From the NCBI RefSeq assembly GCF_009914755.1, contig NC_060933.1: a stretch of 64,000 nt of DNA; one strand, 5' to 3'. Positions 47,440 to 62,330 of this stretch are shown here, piece by piece. Both the position numbers and the translations under genes were made by a program. Source of the stretch: the human T2T-CHM13v2.0 reference genome, Homo sapiens. Position 1 is the stretch's first letter; every line of letters starts with the position of its first letter. The notes beneath the pieces were generated by a model that was not told where the DNA came from, searched no databases, and saw nothing but the letters and a program-made list of their open reading frames with translations.

Positions 47440-47987
47440 TGACAATAGAGACAACTAAACAGTCTCTAAGTCGTGAAGATTTGAATCTCTAAACTTCCCT
47501 GAATTGGCTTGGTCAATGCCTCACAAGCTAGTTAATGACAAAATGGGAGGAGGGGTAGCCAGACCATATATAAGAATAGAGTTCTGACCCACATCTTTGT
47601 AGCAACCAGCCTGGGAAGCCAAACCACAGCCTCTGCATCAACCAGCCCCAAATGAATAGGATTTAGTTAATGATTGCCAGGTTCCCTATTTTTGCCCCCG
47701 CTGCCAACTCAGGACCCATCAGAGAAAGTCAAGTATGCTTTCTGACTGATCACATAAGATGCTCCATTTCCCCTTATTTATTTAGTCCATCTTCAGCTTC
47801 CCCATACAACCTTAAGGCAGAGCATATCCAAAAGCTTTCCTTTTCCAGGTACAAAACTTTCCTATTCCTCAGCCTTTCTTTGAGTCTCTGCAAAACATAT
47901 ATGATGACAGCTGACTTTCTTGTTATAAAAAGTCTGAATAAATATAGATTCTCTCTGTTATTATTAGGTGTTATTTATTTCCACAAT
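47440..47987 (+). mobile_element. ERV1-type LTR (MER67/89/90-like)
   Basis: agaccatatataagaatagagttctgacccac...gaagccaaaccac; aataaa near the 3' end. Confidence 0.45.
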
Positions 47988-48298
47988 CTACAAAAAATCT
48001 TCAGGCAGGGTACTATTTAAAGGTGCAATATTGAAAAATTCCACATAAAATCAGGAAAAAAGAAATAATGTTCATCTCACTACTGTTCTTCTACACATTA
48101 CTGTAAGCACTAACCATTATAAAAAGAAGAAAAATAAAGGGCATAATGATCGAATAGGAAAAACAAAATTGTCTTTACTTGAAAATGAGATGATTACGGA
48201 AAAAAACCTAAGGAATACATTTCAAAAGCTACTAGAACTAAATAATATATATATATATATATGAAATTTATAGCAAACAAGGTTAATATATGAAAGTG

Positions 48299-49072
48299 CA
48301 TGTTGAGTGTTCCTTATCCAGATATCTGAAATCTGAAATGCTCTAAAAGCTGAAACTTTTTGAGAGCTGACGTGATGCTCAAGGAAATGTTCACTTAAGA
48401 ATTACAGATTTTGGATTTCTGGATTAGCACTACTGAATTTGTAAGTATAATGTAAATATTCTGAAATCTGAAAATAATTTGAAATCTGAAATACCTCTGG
48501 TCCCAAGCATTTTTTAACTCACTATATGTGCTCATTTTTTTTTAACAAATACCTATTAAGCAGACACTATGAACAAAAACTGTGCAAACATTGGAAATAC
48601 ATAAGTAAGCAAGGCAGAAGGGCCTCTTGTATTAAAAATAAACGAAGGAGGACACTAGTTAAAGTGGTAAGGACAGATTTTAATCAGTAATAATGATTGC
48701 AACAGGGAAAAGAGTGCAGCATGAGTTGAATTCAACTTCAATTTGTATATTGGCAACTGATTGTTTTATTTTATTTTAGATTCTAGGGGTACATCTGAAC
48801 GTTTGTCACATGGGTATACTGTGTGATGCTGAATATTGGACTTCTAATGATCTCATCACCTATGTAGTGAACATAAGACCCAATAGATAGTTTTTCAACA
48901 GTTGGCCAGCTCCCTCTCTCTTCCCTTTTGGAATGTCCAGTGTTTATGGTTCCCATCTTTGTGTTTTTGGGTACCAAATGTTTACCTCCTACTTATAAGT
49001 GAAAACGTGGTATTTAGTTTGCTGTTTTTGCATTAATTCGACAAGCATTTTGGATAAGCAGTTCTTAACCGG
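48299..49072. mobile_element. Tigger4a/MER46-type DNA transposon with its right TIR split by an insertion
   Basis: Left catgttgagtgttccttatcc; body tctgaaatctgaaatgctc; right TIR cccaagcatttt (48502) ... caagcattttggataag...aaccgg (49042-49072). Confidence 0.8.
48762..49041 (-). mobile_element. L1PB-like 3' end fragment
   Basis: ttttagattctaggggtacat...cacatgggtatactgtgtgatgctga...acttataagtga. Confidence 0.85.
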
Positions 49073-49074
49073 TA

Positions 49075-51040
49075 AAATGTGTTGTTGCATACTAATAATG
49101 AATCATTAAAACATAATAATAAATTCTATTCACAATAGAATAATCACAAGCATATAATTCTTAGGAATAAAGGCAACAAAATATGCGTAGGTCTTTTATC
49201 TAGAAGCTAAAAAATATTATTGAGAAATTTTAAGAAAAAATAGAAAACGTAGATCTATACATGTTCTTATTGATATGTTATTTATATTAAGATATCCATC
49301 CACCTTATATTGATCTACAAATGTATTTCAACTCTGATGAAAATCACATCAGATTTTACTGCAAAATAAAAATAAACAATGTGATGTCAAGATGTATATA
49401 AATATGCAGAAATACAAAGGAACATAGGTAACTTAACCAATCTTGGAAAAGAATATAATCAAAGAAGTAACATTAAATTATTTTAAGATTTTTAAAGCTG
49501 CATGTTAAAAAATGGAGCATCCATAAATATGTTTATGTTTAACATAGATGATGAACTGATTTTCTATGAAGACAAAGGACAATAGAAAACACATATTTTT
49601 ACAACATATCTGAAACAACTAGATAAATTTATGAAAATCAAATTAATTTTTTTATTTCTAACTTTTTCTGTTGCCCAGGCTGGAGTGGTGCAATCATAGC
49701 TCACTGCAGCCTCGAACTCCTGGGCTCAAGAAATCCTCCTTCTTCAGTCTCCTAATGCACTGGGGTTACAAATGTGAGTCATCATGCTTAGCCTAACGTC
49801 AATGTTTATCCCATATCATTTACAAATTTGCGATGAATCCAATTTGAGATGCTCATAAACATAAATATGAAACATAAATATAAAAACTAATACTATAAAG
49901 CATATAAGAGAACAATCTTGCATCTTAGGGGGCAAAATATTACATCTTTAGGGAGGCAAAAATATTTCAGACAAAACAAACAGAAAATGTAGCCATAAAG
50001 GAAAAAATTATATAAATAGGGCTTCCTCAAAATAAGATTTTCTACTCATCAAGAGAAAGCATTGAAAAAAATTAAAAGGCAGGACACAGAATCAGAGGAA
50101 TTATTTTTAATACATACAAATGACTTAGAAGATCTTAATAAGTAGTACTATTCAGTAATAAAATGTCTAACAGCCTCTCCCCAAATAAGCATGGGTCTTG
50201 AATATCTTACAAAGGAAGATATGCAATGTCACATGAACAGGCACTGGACATCATTATTCATTAGGAATATGCAAATATACATGACAATGACAGCCATTGC
50301 ACATTCACTAGAAATTATTTAAAGAAATTTTAAAATACTGACAATACCAAAAATTATAGATATGTAGCAACTGGAAGTCTTTTTGTTTCTTAAGAGTGTA
50401 AAATGGGGCAAACACTCCAGAGAACAGTTAATTATTTTCTTATAAAGTTTAAAATATATTTTTCTTTGACCCAGTAAGTTTTTTCTCTGTTACGTATACA
50501 AAAGAAATAATAACTGATGCCACGATAAAGATTTATTCAAAACTTATTAGAACAGTTTTATTCTTAAAACTAAACCTTGAAACAACCCAAACAACCTTCA
50601 ATAAAGGAATGGATACACGAATTGTATATATTCATACAGTGGACACTACAGTACTCAGAATTAACAACAACAACAACAAATCAGATATTGACGTGTAACA
50701 AAATGTCTGGGCCTCTATAAAATATTATATTGAATGAAATAAAAAAAGTTGAATATCTATTCTTACTATGTTGAACAAATTAAAAAAAATTACATGGCAT
50801 AAAGTTCCATTTATATGACATTCCAGAAGAGGCAAAACTAATCCATGGTTATGAAAATAAGAATGGATTAAAGATTTGATGTGTGAGTGAGATTTAAGTG
50901 GAAAGGCATGAAGGAATTTTTGAGGTGAGGAAAATGCCTGTAGCTTGAATCGGTATTGATTATATGGGTCTTTGTATTTGTCCAAAGTTATTGAATTGTA
51001 AACTTTAGATCTGTGCATTTCACAGTTTAAAAAAATTTAC
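49075..51040 (+). mobile_element. Old L1M ORF2/3' region
   Basis: gacaataccaaa; aaccttgaaacaacccaaa; gttccatttatatgacattccagaagaggcaaaactaatc. Confidence 0.7.
49645..49795 (-). mobile_element. FLAM/FAM-like Alu monomer
   Basis: gttgcccaggctggagtggtgcaatcatagctcactgcagcctcgaactcctgggctcaag. Confidence 0.8.
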
Positions 51041-54000
51041 CTCACCAGTGAAACTCTGTCTACCTAAAGTCTGCAGAAAGCATAACTCAAGAATTTAACA
51101 TAAGGTCCCCTAATCACATGAAGGTAAGAAACAGCCATCTTTTAAACATTTAAAAAGTCAGGGGAATAAAAAATCCAGGAGTTTTTTTTTTTTTTTGAAT
51201 AACTATTAAACTTATGCCAGTGAAAGAAAATAAAATTAATTTTCACAAAAGTTGACACACATGACTGAGGATTAAATCTATATTGATATTGTTGAGATTA
51301 AAATACAACGCAATTTTAATAAACATTTAAAACACGGACATGGTGTCCCTAACAATTTGTTGATAGGGGAGAGGATAATATAAAAATTAATTTTATGAAT
51401 CCCACATAAGTACTTGTTAAAAACATATGTCTCTGTTCTTTTTATTTAGGAATCACTCACAGAAAGCACACATTCTTTGCTTCTGCACTAACTCTGGAAT
51501 TCAATATTAGAAGGCTCAACTGCCATGAATATAAATCAAATTCATCTGCATCCCCTATATCAGACTAAATGTGTTTGTTTCTCAGTATTCTGCTATATTC
51601 CTTGTATTAATTTTAATAGAATCAAAACTGAGATATGGAAGAGGATGTTATATATTGAACACCTTTTCTTCCATCTAGCATACCCAATATTTGCTGCATG
51701 GGCCAGAAATATGAGAATTAGAAATGCGTCTTTATTTGGGGTCCTTACTTCATTCACAATTCTAGATAGTCTTCTAGTTATGACAAAGTCTAAGAATTTT
51801 ATTTTTAAATAAATTATTATCATATTTTTCTGTTACCATTTTTTGGTTGGTTTTCCATGCAGTTTGTGCCTACTTCCAGGAGGAAGACACCTACACACAT
51901 TTACTCTTCTCTGCTTTCTTTACAAATTTGAATATGAAAAAGAGAGCCAGGAACTGCCAAAAGCTGGTTACTCCAAGACCCTAGGCATTCTGTCAAAATC
52001 TAACTTGGATGATCATGTAAAATACTTATCATTTTATTAATATCAGTATGTTCATTCAAATGGTAACAAAATTTTCACTTGATTTCTAAATCACTGATCT
52101 TAAGTGAAAAATATCAAAATAGAGGACTTCACAAATATTATCATTTAGAACATCCTCACTTTAAACAACCTAAAGTTATTTTTAATGTTGAATCAATCAT
52201 ACTCTGACCTTCTCCATAGGAAAGGAAAATGTAAATATCCCAGAGAGCAGAGAGCAAACTGTCATAAAAATAAAACTGTACTTTCAAATAGCTGTAGTCC
52301 ACAGCACAGCTCTAACCCAAATTGTCATTTCAACTGCTTCACATTATTAGAAAATATTTACCTTCTAGCTTTGAACATGAAAGAAAAGTACTCTTAGTCT
52401 ATCAGTTTCCCTAACTAGGAGATTCATATATTTGTTGGGGTCATATAAAGAAACTGATAGTGCAATTTAATAAGCATAATGCAGAGAGGATTTGGAGACT
52501 CTTTGCAAAGCTGTTGAAGGGATGAGAAAGAACACAAGAGACTGCAGTAACCTTTGGTTAGAGTGATTTTTATCACCCCTAGTTTGAAAGGGCCAGTGGC
52601 AAAGCAAGTTTACTAACTTTAGGATAAAGTAGACTCATCAGGAAAAGAGCAACCACCTAAGCTTAAGGGACAAAGCCAATCACCCCTGGGAAGCCAGTGT
52701 TAAAAATACTTGATCTTGCTCTCTGCTTTCCTGAGAATACAAATCATTCACTTTAACTCATTGAATTCACTCAGCAGTCAGAAGAAAAGGAAGCCTCTTG
52801 CTGGAATTCATACTAAGAAGATCAGAAAGTGTAGTGGAAAAGAGAGGACTAGAACTGCAGGTGCAAGTAGAAGTCAGTGTCCAAAAAGATGTGTATTTGT
52901 ATTGTTCATTTGACCTCATTTATTTTAGTATGCAAGCGTATGCTTAAAAATATTTCAGCCTTCTTTTTACTATATATGCAATTCGTCATTATTTATTGAG
53001 AGATTATATATTCATCATTACTTCAATGATCTCATTTTTAGCTTTCCTCTTCTTTATTAATGGATGCAGTAACTTCTGGCATTCCCCTGAGAATATTAAT
53101 TCTACTTATTTGGAAGTACTCTTTTTATTGCTCTCTGCTGTCTTTCTTTTGTATTTTATACATCTTTCATTTGCTTTATGTTATTTTAATCTTACCCTAT
53201 GCACTTACAATGATGGCACTTCTCCGAATGACTGTTGATTTTCTTCCTTTCTTTCTTTTTTTCATGTTGTCTACATTTTTTTTTCAAGGTGAGTTTCTGC
53301 TAGACTGTTATTACTGAGCAATCCTTTGGTGGAGAAGGAGGTTCATGCTGCTACAGGCCACAATTTGCCTCATTTGCAGTCAGATCAGGCTTTTTGTCAG
53401 AGAGAGGACATGCCCATTAGGCAAGATGTATTCAGATATTTCCAACTGATCGCTGCCTTTTCTTTCTGATTCAAATTCCCATTCTCAATATATTTACCTA
53501 ATGTATGCCTCCATTTTGCCTTTTTAAGCAAGACTAAAAAATCAATACCCTTGAAAAAAATTGATTAATTTGGCTAACTTAAATTTAAAGTCTTCACTTC
53601 TAGCAAAATAGTTTTACTACATATTTTTTACTATGAGAAAATATGTAAACTATGTATACGAAAGCAAATCTATAAATAATTTAGAAAAATAAAAATATTT
53701 CAATAGAAAAGTGGGAAAATGTAAAAATAGGTACTTACTGGAAGAATCAAGAGATTAGTTCTAAAGACCTTAATTATTTATTTAAACTAATTTAATTAAA
53801 ATTTTAAAAATAATTAAATTTTTCAATAATCAAGTAAAACAAATTAAACTTAAACAATAGAACCTTTTATTTTGAGATGCAAAAGCATGAATCAAAGACA
53901 TCTGTAAAGCTTAAATGTATTCAGATTGTAAAGCTAACCCATGTAAACCAAACTAGGCCAGGAATTAGACTATATTAGCGCCCCAGACTCCCCCAAGTGT

Positions 54001-55753
54001 CCCTTCCTAAAAGAAGCTCCTCTCACCCTAAGTTTTATGTATAATTTTTTTGCTGTGCTTCAAAAAGGTATAGCATGTATGCATCTCTGAACAACATACC
54101 TTAGTGTTTTTTGGCCTGCTTTGATAATTACTATGAAATCCTCTTTCTGTATTATTTTGTGCCACACTCCTTTTGTTCAACATATGTTTATGAGTGACAG
54201 CCCTGTTGTTGCAAGCAGTTGTAATTTATTTTTTTTCACTGCTCTATAACATTTGATTGTTTATATAGATGAGAATTTTCTATTTTATTCCTTATATACA
54301 TTTGTGTTATTTTAAAGTTTGGTTGCTTAGGAGCAAAGTCAATATGAAAATACTTGGACATATGCTCTCAGAATTATATGCATAAGTTTATCTACAACAT
54401 ATAACTATCCAAGGAATTTTAGGAGCAAACATATGTGGTTACTTATTTAATCACAGACTAACTTTTTTTCAAATCAGTTGTATCAATTTATACTTCTTCC
54501 TGTGGTACCTAAGATTTCATAAAATTATACTTTCAATCCATGGGTTTAGCAAAATAATTCAAAGTTTAATAATATCAAATTGACATCTGTAATTTAAGAC
54601 CACTTTAGATGAAAATTTTTGATATCTATTAAATTTTACAATGTGAATAACTTATAAGCACAATTTTCCTTAACTCATCATCTGTCTTATGAAATACTAA
54701 CATATGTGCAATAAAATGCAATAGGATGTCAATTACAGCTTTTTAAAAATAGTCAAAAGCCCATTAAATAGATTAAATGTCCACCAATAGAGAAATGGCT
54801 AAGTAAATATGACATATCTAAGAGTTAAAGAAATGATAAAGATTAACGTGTGTTGAATCACTAAGATTTCCAATACATATTAAATTGAAAAATAAAAACA
54901 CATTATTGTGGTTAAAAATACACAAAGTATTAGATTATCAAATCAGACTCACATGCATCGGAGATCTTATGCAAACTTAACTAATAATTTTATGGATAAA
55001 AATTATTGTGAGGTACAGGTGGAGCAAGGTAAGGTCAGATAGCACTGTGAGAATCCCTGGGTCCTTTCCTCCCACATCAGATATGCTTTGAACAAGGATA
55101 ATAGATGATGATTCTGAGTAAGATGTGCGGTCATCTCACTTACACAGAGGAGATATTTAGATCACAAAATATCTCATTTTGTCTTTAGATGGTCCAGGAA
55201 ACTACGCCCCATGAGTCAAAGAGATTTAGGTTTTATTATAAACAACCCTAGAAAAGAAATCACAGCACATACATTCTTCTAAAAGCATTCTGTAGGTAAG
55301 ATATTCCTTCCTGGAAACTTCTTAGTTTGTTTGCCAAGAGGTTAGCCAGTTATATGGTTACCAAAAAACCTGCCTTCTTTGTCTCCAGCATGTTTCTTAT
55401 TAAAGAGAATGAATGAATTGCAGAACTATTGTTTGCACATTTACTTTTAAATGGTTTATCAGTAAAATATGTGAGAATACATTTTTAAAATAAACTTATG
55501 TGATTGCTTTGGAAAATGTCTGGAAATACGCAAACCACACTGATAATAATGGCCTTCTGGGGATGAACCAACACACAATAGATTTACTGGTAATCGTTTG
55601 ATTTTTTTCAAAAGTACTACATTCCTGTATAATTTGCATGATTAAAATGTATTTAATATAATTTCCACCTGTGATAATTTTCTTGTGTATAAATAGGACA
55701 TTGCTCTTGCTATTAGCAGCTATATATTAGCAGTAATATTTATAGTTGAACCA

Positions 55754-56080
55754 CAGGGTTTAGCAGACGTCAGCCCATACACTGAACCTGTCCTATTGCC
55801 TGTTTTTGAACAACCTGCAGCTAAGAATGTTTTTATATTTTTTGAATAATACAAAAATATCAACAGAATAATAGTTCGTAAAACAAAATTAACAAAATTT
55901 AACATTTGTGTCTATGAATAAAGTTGATAATATTGTAACCACAGCCATTTGTTTGCATATTGTCTACTTTCTTGTTACAACAGGGTTTAGCAGTTGTGAC
56001 AGAGACTTCTACAATGTTCCCAAAGCCTAAAATATTTACTGTCTTACCCTTTATAGAAATAAATACTTTGCTGACACTGT
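55754..56080 (+). mobile_element. MER58B-like hAT element
   Basis: gctaagaatgtttttatatt; agcagttgtgacagagac; aagcctaaaatatttact. Confidence 0.75.
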
Positions 56081-56242
56081 GACTCATAATAATGTTTGCA
56101 ACTACTTTTTGAATAAGCTCAAAAGTTTACAGACACACACTCCTAAAATATTTGTTGTATTGCTCTTTATAGAAATAATTTGCTTATCCCTGTGAATTAT
56201 AGTGATGTATACAACTGATTTTTGAATAAGTTAAAAAATTTA

Positions 56243-56537
<295 letters not shown>

Positions 56538-57129
56538 TTACACACACACACAAACATGGATTATGGATTGAGTTGCATGTATTTGAATATTAGTTTTGTT
56601 ATTCTTGCAACTTATTAGGGGGTTTGACACTTTTTCTAAATTACAATTGGGTGAAATTTTTGCAATTGATAAATTGCTAGATAACATAATCTAGCTCATA
56701 TTATATGATAACTTTAGATGTTAAATCATCAATAAACCTTATGAAGATCTATGTTTCTAGGAAATAATTACTTCAACAAGAAGGGAAAGTAAAGACAGAA
56801 GGTAAAACAAAATATAAGACGAAATAAAATAAAGATGGGAATTGAATGCCATAGAAGTGTGGAAGTTGGAGGGAAAGTTTCTAAAATTATTTGGATAAAA
56901 AGGAAGCCATATATTTTACTGAATCTTCTAGATGGGTTTTAATTCTGTATCCTTTCATACTCACGTACTATGCCATTTTTTTAAACTTTTCATTCCACTT
57001 GCACTTCCTAACTTATGATGAATTTACCTATATAGAGTCCTTTTATCATTTAGACTAAAATTGTATTTATTTGAAGGTAAGAACGGTCATATACTTCTTA
57101 GTTGTTTTCAGAATTGAAAACATGGTTGA

Positions 57130-57432
<303 letters not shown>

Positions 57433-59979
57433 AGAAAACATGGTTGAAAGTCAATATCCATGTGATAAATTGAGTTAGAAAGCCAATGAGAGCTTAGCTA
57501 ATATAAAGGTGATGGAATTCACTATCAAAACTTTTCAGAGACTTAGAAAAAATATGGAAAATTAGTGAAAATGTAAGAGAATGAGGCTCGAAATCAAGAT
57601 AATTAAACTGCAAACTTTAAGAAGGCAGGAAAGATATCCTTTACTTAGTTTGTCTTGTCCAACTAATGGTTAGTTGAATGCCATGCACATAACACATCCC
57701 TCTGAGTACTTATTGAATAAATGTAGAATGTCATTCTGGAATAAATTGAGGCAAGAAACTAGAGGGATAGCAGTGTGAAAAGTGAGATTAATTTATTTGG
57801 TATAGAGTCAGTAAATTTAAGTGGGCCATTTGAAACAACAAGCTTAAAAGAAAACCAAATAAGCATTTTCAATGCATAGAAATGCAACCATTTTTCTCCT
57901 TCTGTACTTTATCCATTCAAACATTGCTTGAAAAAAAATATAACTTTCAGTCTTGCTTTTTTATCTCCACCAAACTCAGATAATTTTGGTCGTTGATGAC
58001 CTTTCTAAGCTAATTCCTATTTTAGAATGCTATGGACGAATGAATCTCAAAACTTCTTTTAACCAATTTATTTTATTCCATTTCCTAAGGAATAGAAACT
58101 TTTTACCTCCAACCCAGGGGAGCTATGAAACAAACTCCCCATTTATTTCCAATCCAAACACATTTGATAAAACAGGCAGAGGAATTTTTTATCAGATCTG
58201 TATTTTAAATTTTCATGACTGTTGTCCAAGAGTTTCCATTCTTGCTCATAAATATGTAGAGGCTTAAAATTCTTTTCTGAAAAATAAACTGCTACTTTAA
58301 ATGATTTTAACTCATTTTTATAATACTTTTTTTATTCTCTGATGATCTCTTGCTGTTTTTCTTTCTCTAGAAATGTTCTAAGAATAAATTAGCTGATATA
58401 CTAAGAAAGGTTCACAAAATGAGTCCTTCACCTATACAGCACCTCTTCTAAATAACAGAGAGATTACAAATCCAATGTATTTAAACTCTGAGTTGTCTAT
58501 ATGTGTAGTGTTATAAAATGTAGCTGTCAGTTTTAACAGCTTTTCCCCCTGAGATTTCAGTGGCTAGCTAATGATCTTTTTTAAGAATTAGGACATTTTC
58601 TAGATAGCGAAATGGCAGGAAAACATATCAAATACATATTTTTCCATTATAGTATTCTGAGGACTGTAAAGTCTTACTCAATGTATATCACTTTTAATTT
58701 TTAGGATACATAGAAATATTTGCTAGTAGAAATAAATGGCAAGTGTTTACTTGAAGATGGTTTAGAAAGATGCTTTTCTCTTTTAATTTGAATTGCTACT
58801 GTAAATGTCATCACATGTATTTCAGTATTGTCTATGCCAACTTTGTACCTGAAAAACAGTATTATGAATTGGGCATTATATTCCATCTTCATAAATTAAA
58901 AAAGAAACATAATAACTAGCGAAGTGGAATGAGGAAGGTGTGGGGAGACACAGAAATTTTCAAAAGTAGTAACAAATTCAAGCATGTATTAGCTTAATAT
59001 ATCATAACTTAAATGATTTAAATTAGGTATATGTTTATACCAATAAGTTTTAAATTCTTAATTCTTACCTCATCAAGTACCAACAAAGAATGCCCTTCCA
59101 TATTAATACACTTTGGGAATTAAGATAAAGTATATGTAATTAAATCATCAAACTCCTTTTGTTGTTTAGCAGGTAGTTTGATATAATAAGAGAAATTGTG
59201 TTCTCATTATATATTTGTCACAATGAATGAATGTAAAACCTTAATCAGGCTATCTGACTTCTTTTAGTGACATTACCCTTTTTGCAACCAACACATCAAA
59301 TTAGTAATATTTATCCTACAAAAATAATGTGAAGATAAATGAGATAAGATATATAATAGTCACAAATACTTATTGAATAAAGCTGTTTTTATTTATATAT
59401 TTCTATGTACTTACTAGATATGTTCTTATTAAATATTTTATTATGGTATATGTCAAGTCTTTTACTTCTTTTTTTATACTTAGTGTATTATAGAACTCAC
59501 CATCCAATAAAATTGTAATACAATTTTCTTGATTTACTAATCCTAGGTGAAAAAAAAAATATATATATATATATATGTTGTTTTCTGTTTGAATTATGCT
59601 TAGTTGATGGCATTTTCAATAATCTCTCTGATTCTTCCTTTTCCTGTTTAAACTACTCTCATTCTCATTGTGGCCTAGAGTTCTTTTTCCCTAATATTGC
59701 CTTCAGAAGGCTAAGTTTCTAATATAATAACAATTTGAGTCTTTACCACTTCTCTCTAGAATCGTGATTTAGACTAGGTTATTAGAGTAAACAATATGAT
59801 TCCAAATTTTTTCCTTTTTTTACTGGGCTAGCATCCAAAAAGCATAAGAATTCTGGGGGGAAATGACATAATTAAGCTAGATTATTTTAATTTAAATTCA
59901 GAATTAAAAATGATTTTCAATAGCTTCTTTGTCTTAATTTAATAAGCTTTTGTTGAACATTGATTATATTTTGAATTCT

Positions 59980-60470
59980 ATTTTTTCTTTTGTTTTTAGT
60001 TGGCACATAATTATACGTATTTATGGGATACAGAGTGATATTTTGATACATGTATACAATATGAAATATTCTAATTAGAGTAATTAGCATACTATCACCT
60101 TGTACATTTGTCATTTCCTTGTGATGTGAATATTCAGAATTCTATCTGGTAGGTTTTTAAAAAAATTCACTAAATTATTGTTAACTTAATTCACCCTACA
60201 GTGCTACAGAACGCTAGAGCTATTCCTCCCTTCTAGCTACAACTTTGTTACAAAGTTAACTTTGCTTACCAACCTCTTTCCATCCTCTTCTTATTCCCAT
60301 CCTTTCCAGCCTCTGATAACTACAATTCTACTTGTTACTTTTATAAGCTCATTTTTAGCTCCCACATATAAGTGAGAACATGTGGTTTTTCTCTCTCTGT
60401 GCCTGTCTTATTTCACTTAACATAATGTCCTCCAGGCTCATCTACGTTGTAACTAATAACATGATTTCAA
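59980..60470 (-). mobile_element. L1MA 3' end
   Basis: tatttatgggatacagagtgatattttgatacatgtatacaat; tagctcccacatataagtgagaacatgtgg. Confidence 0.88.
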
Positions 60471-60584
60471 TTCACTACAAAACTTAAAAGGATACTCAAC
60501 AGTGCCAAACATTCTATTTTAGTTTCCCAATGCATTCACTCCCACAGCATTCATAACAATAACCTTCTACAAAGTTACCACATG

Positions 60585-61487
60585 CACCCATGTGGCAAAC
60601 TCCTGCCTCGGCATTCAGGCGTTTCCATACATCTTCTGAAATCTAGGCAGAGGTTCCCAAACCTCAATTCTTGACTTCTGTGCACTCGTAGGCTCAACAC
60701 CACATGGGAGATGCCAAAGCTTGGGGCTTGCACCCTCTGAAGCCATAGCCTGAGCTCTATGTTGTCCCCTTTCAGCCATAGCTAGAGTTGCTGTGATGCA
60801 GGGGATGAAGTCCCTAGGCTGCACACAGCAAAGGAACCCTGGGCCCAGCCCACAAAACCACTTCTTCCTCCTAGGTCTCTGTGCCTGTGATGGGAGAGGC
60901 TGAGGTAAAGACCTTTGACATGTCCTGGAGACATTTTCCCCATTGTCTTATGCAAATGTCCATAGCTGGCTTGGATTTCTCCTCAGAAAATGGGATTTTC
61001 TTTTCTATTGCATTGTCAGGCTGCAAATTTTCCAAATTTTTATGCTCTGCTTCCCTTATAAAACTGAATGCCCTCAACAGCACCGAATTCACATTTTAAG
61101 TGCTTTCCTGCTTAGAAATTTCTTCTGCCAGATACCCTAAATCATCTCTCTCAAGTTCAAAGTTCTACAAATCTATAGGGCCAGGCAAAATGCCACCAGT
61201 GTCTTTGCTAAAATGTAGCAAGATTCACCTTTACTCCGGTTCCCAACAAGTTCCTTATCACCAGCTGAGACCACTTCAGCCTGGATTTCATTGTCCATAT
61301 CACTGTCAGCATTTTGTTCAAAGCCATTCAGCAAGTCTCTAGGAAGTTCCAAACTTGGCCACATTTTCCTGTCTTCTTCTGAGTCCTCCAAACTGTTCCA
61401 ACCTCTGCTTGTTACACAGTTCCAATGTCGCTTCCATATTTTTGGATATGTTTCCACCAGCACCCCACTCTACTGGTAACAATTTAC
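60585..61487 (-). mobile_element. THE1A internal region, 5' part only
   Basis: Minus strand starts gtaaattgttaccagtagagtggggtgctg next to the LTR and stops at ...aggcaggagtttgccacatgggtg. Confidence 0.92.
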
Positions 61488-61849
61488 TGTATTAGTTCAT
61501 TTTCATGCTGCTGATAAAAACATACCTGCAACTGGGCAATTTACGAAAGAAAGTGGTTTGTTGGACTTACAGTTCCACATGGCTGGAGAGGCATCATAAT
61601 CGTGGTGGAAGGCAAGGAGTAAGCTACATCTTACATGGATGGCAGCAGGCAAAAAAGAGATTGTGTGGAGAAACTCCCATTTTTAACACCATCAGATCTC
61701 GTGAGATCCATTCACTATCATGGGAACAGCATGGGACATACGTGCCCTCATGATTCAGACATCTCCCACTGGATCCTTCCCATAACACGTGGAAATTATG
61801 GGAGCTACAAGATGAGATTTGGGTGAAGACACAGAACCAACCCATATCA
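61488..61849 (-). mobile_element. THE1A 5' LTR
   Basis: tgtattagttcattttcatgctgctgataa...ccatatca; flanked by GTGAT (ATCAC on -). Confidence 0.95.
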
Positions 61850-62094
61850 GTGATTATTTAAGATTTTTTGCAGAAGCCTAACTGTTCAAGGAAGGTGTGT
61901 GATGGCAAAGAATAAAAGCTACAGATAATGACATGGCATCAGCTTGATTGGATCCATATTTTGTGGGATCTACAGCACATTCAATTTGGCGGTCAGGGTT
62001 TGGGGCTCTTTAAGCAAGAATGCAAAACTACAAACTCAAAACTGGAAACTCAAATGCAAATGAGGTGGCCGGAAATGTAAGCCTCATAACTTAG

Positions 62095-62330
62095 GATAAG
62101 AGAACAAAAGCTGATAAACATTTTCTATAAAGGGCACGATAGTAGATACTTTAGGCTTGCAGGCCATATTATTTGTGTTGTAAATATGCAACTTTGCCTT
62201 TGTAGTGCTTAAGCAGCTGTAGGCAATATGTAAAGGAATGTCTGTGGCTGAGTTCCTATAAAATTTTATTTATAAAAACCCGTGGCAGCCTGGCTTTGGC
62301 TCATTGGCTATAGTTTGCCTACCCCTGGCT
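62095..62330. mobile_element. MER58A-like hAT element
   Basis: aaacattttctataaagggc...tttaggcttgcaggccata...tatagtttgcctacccctg. Confidence 0.75.
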
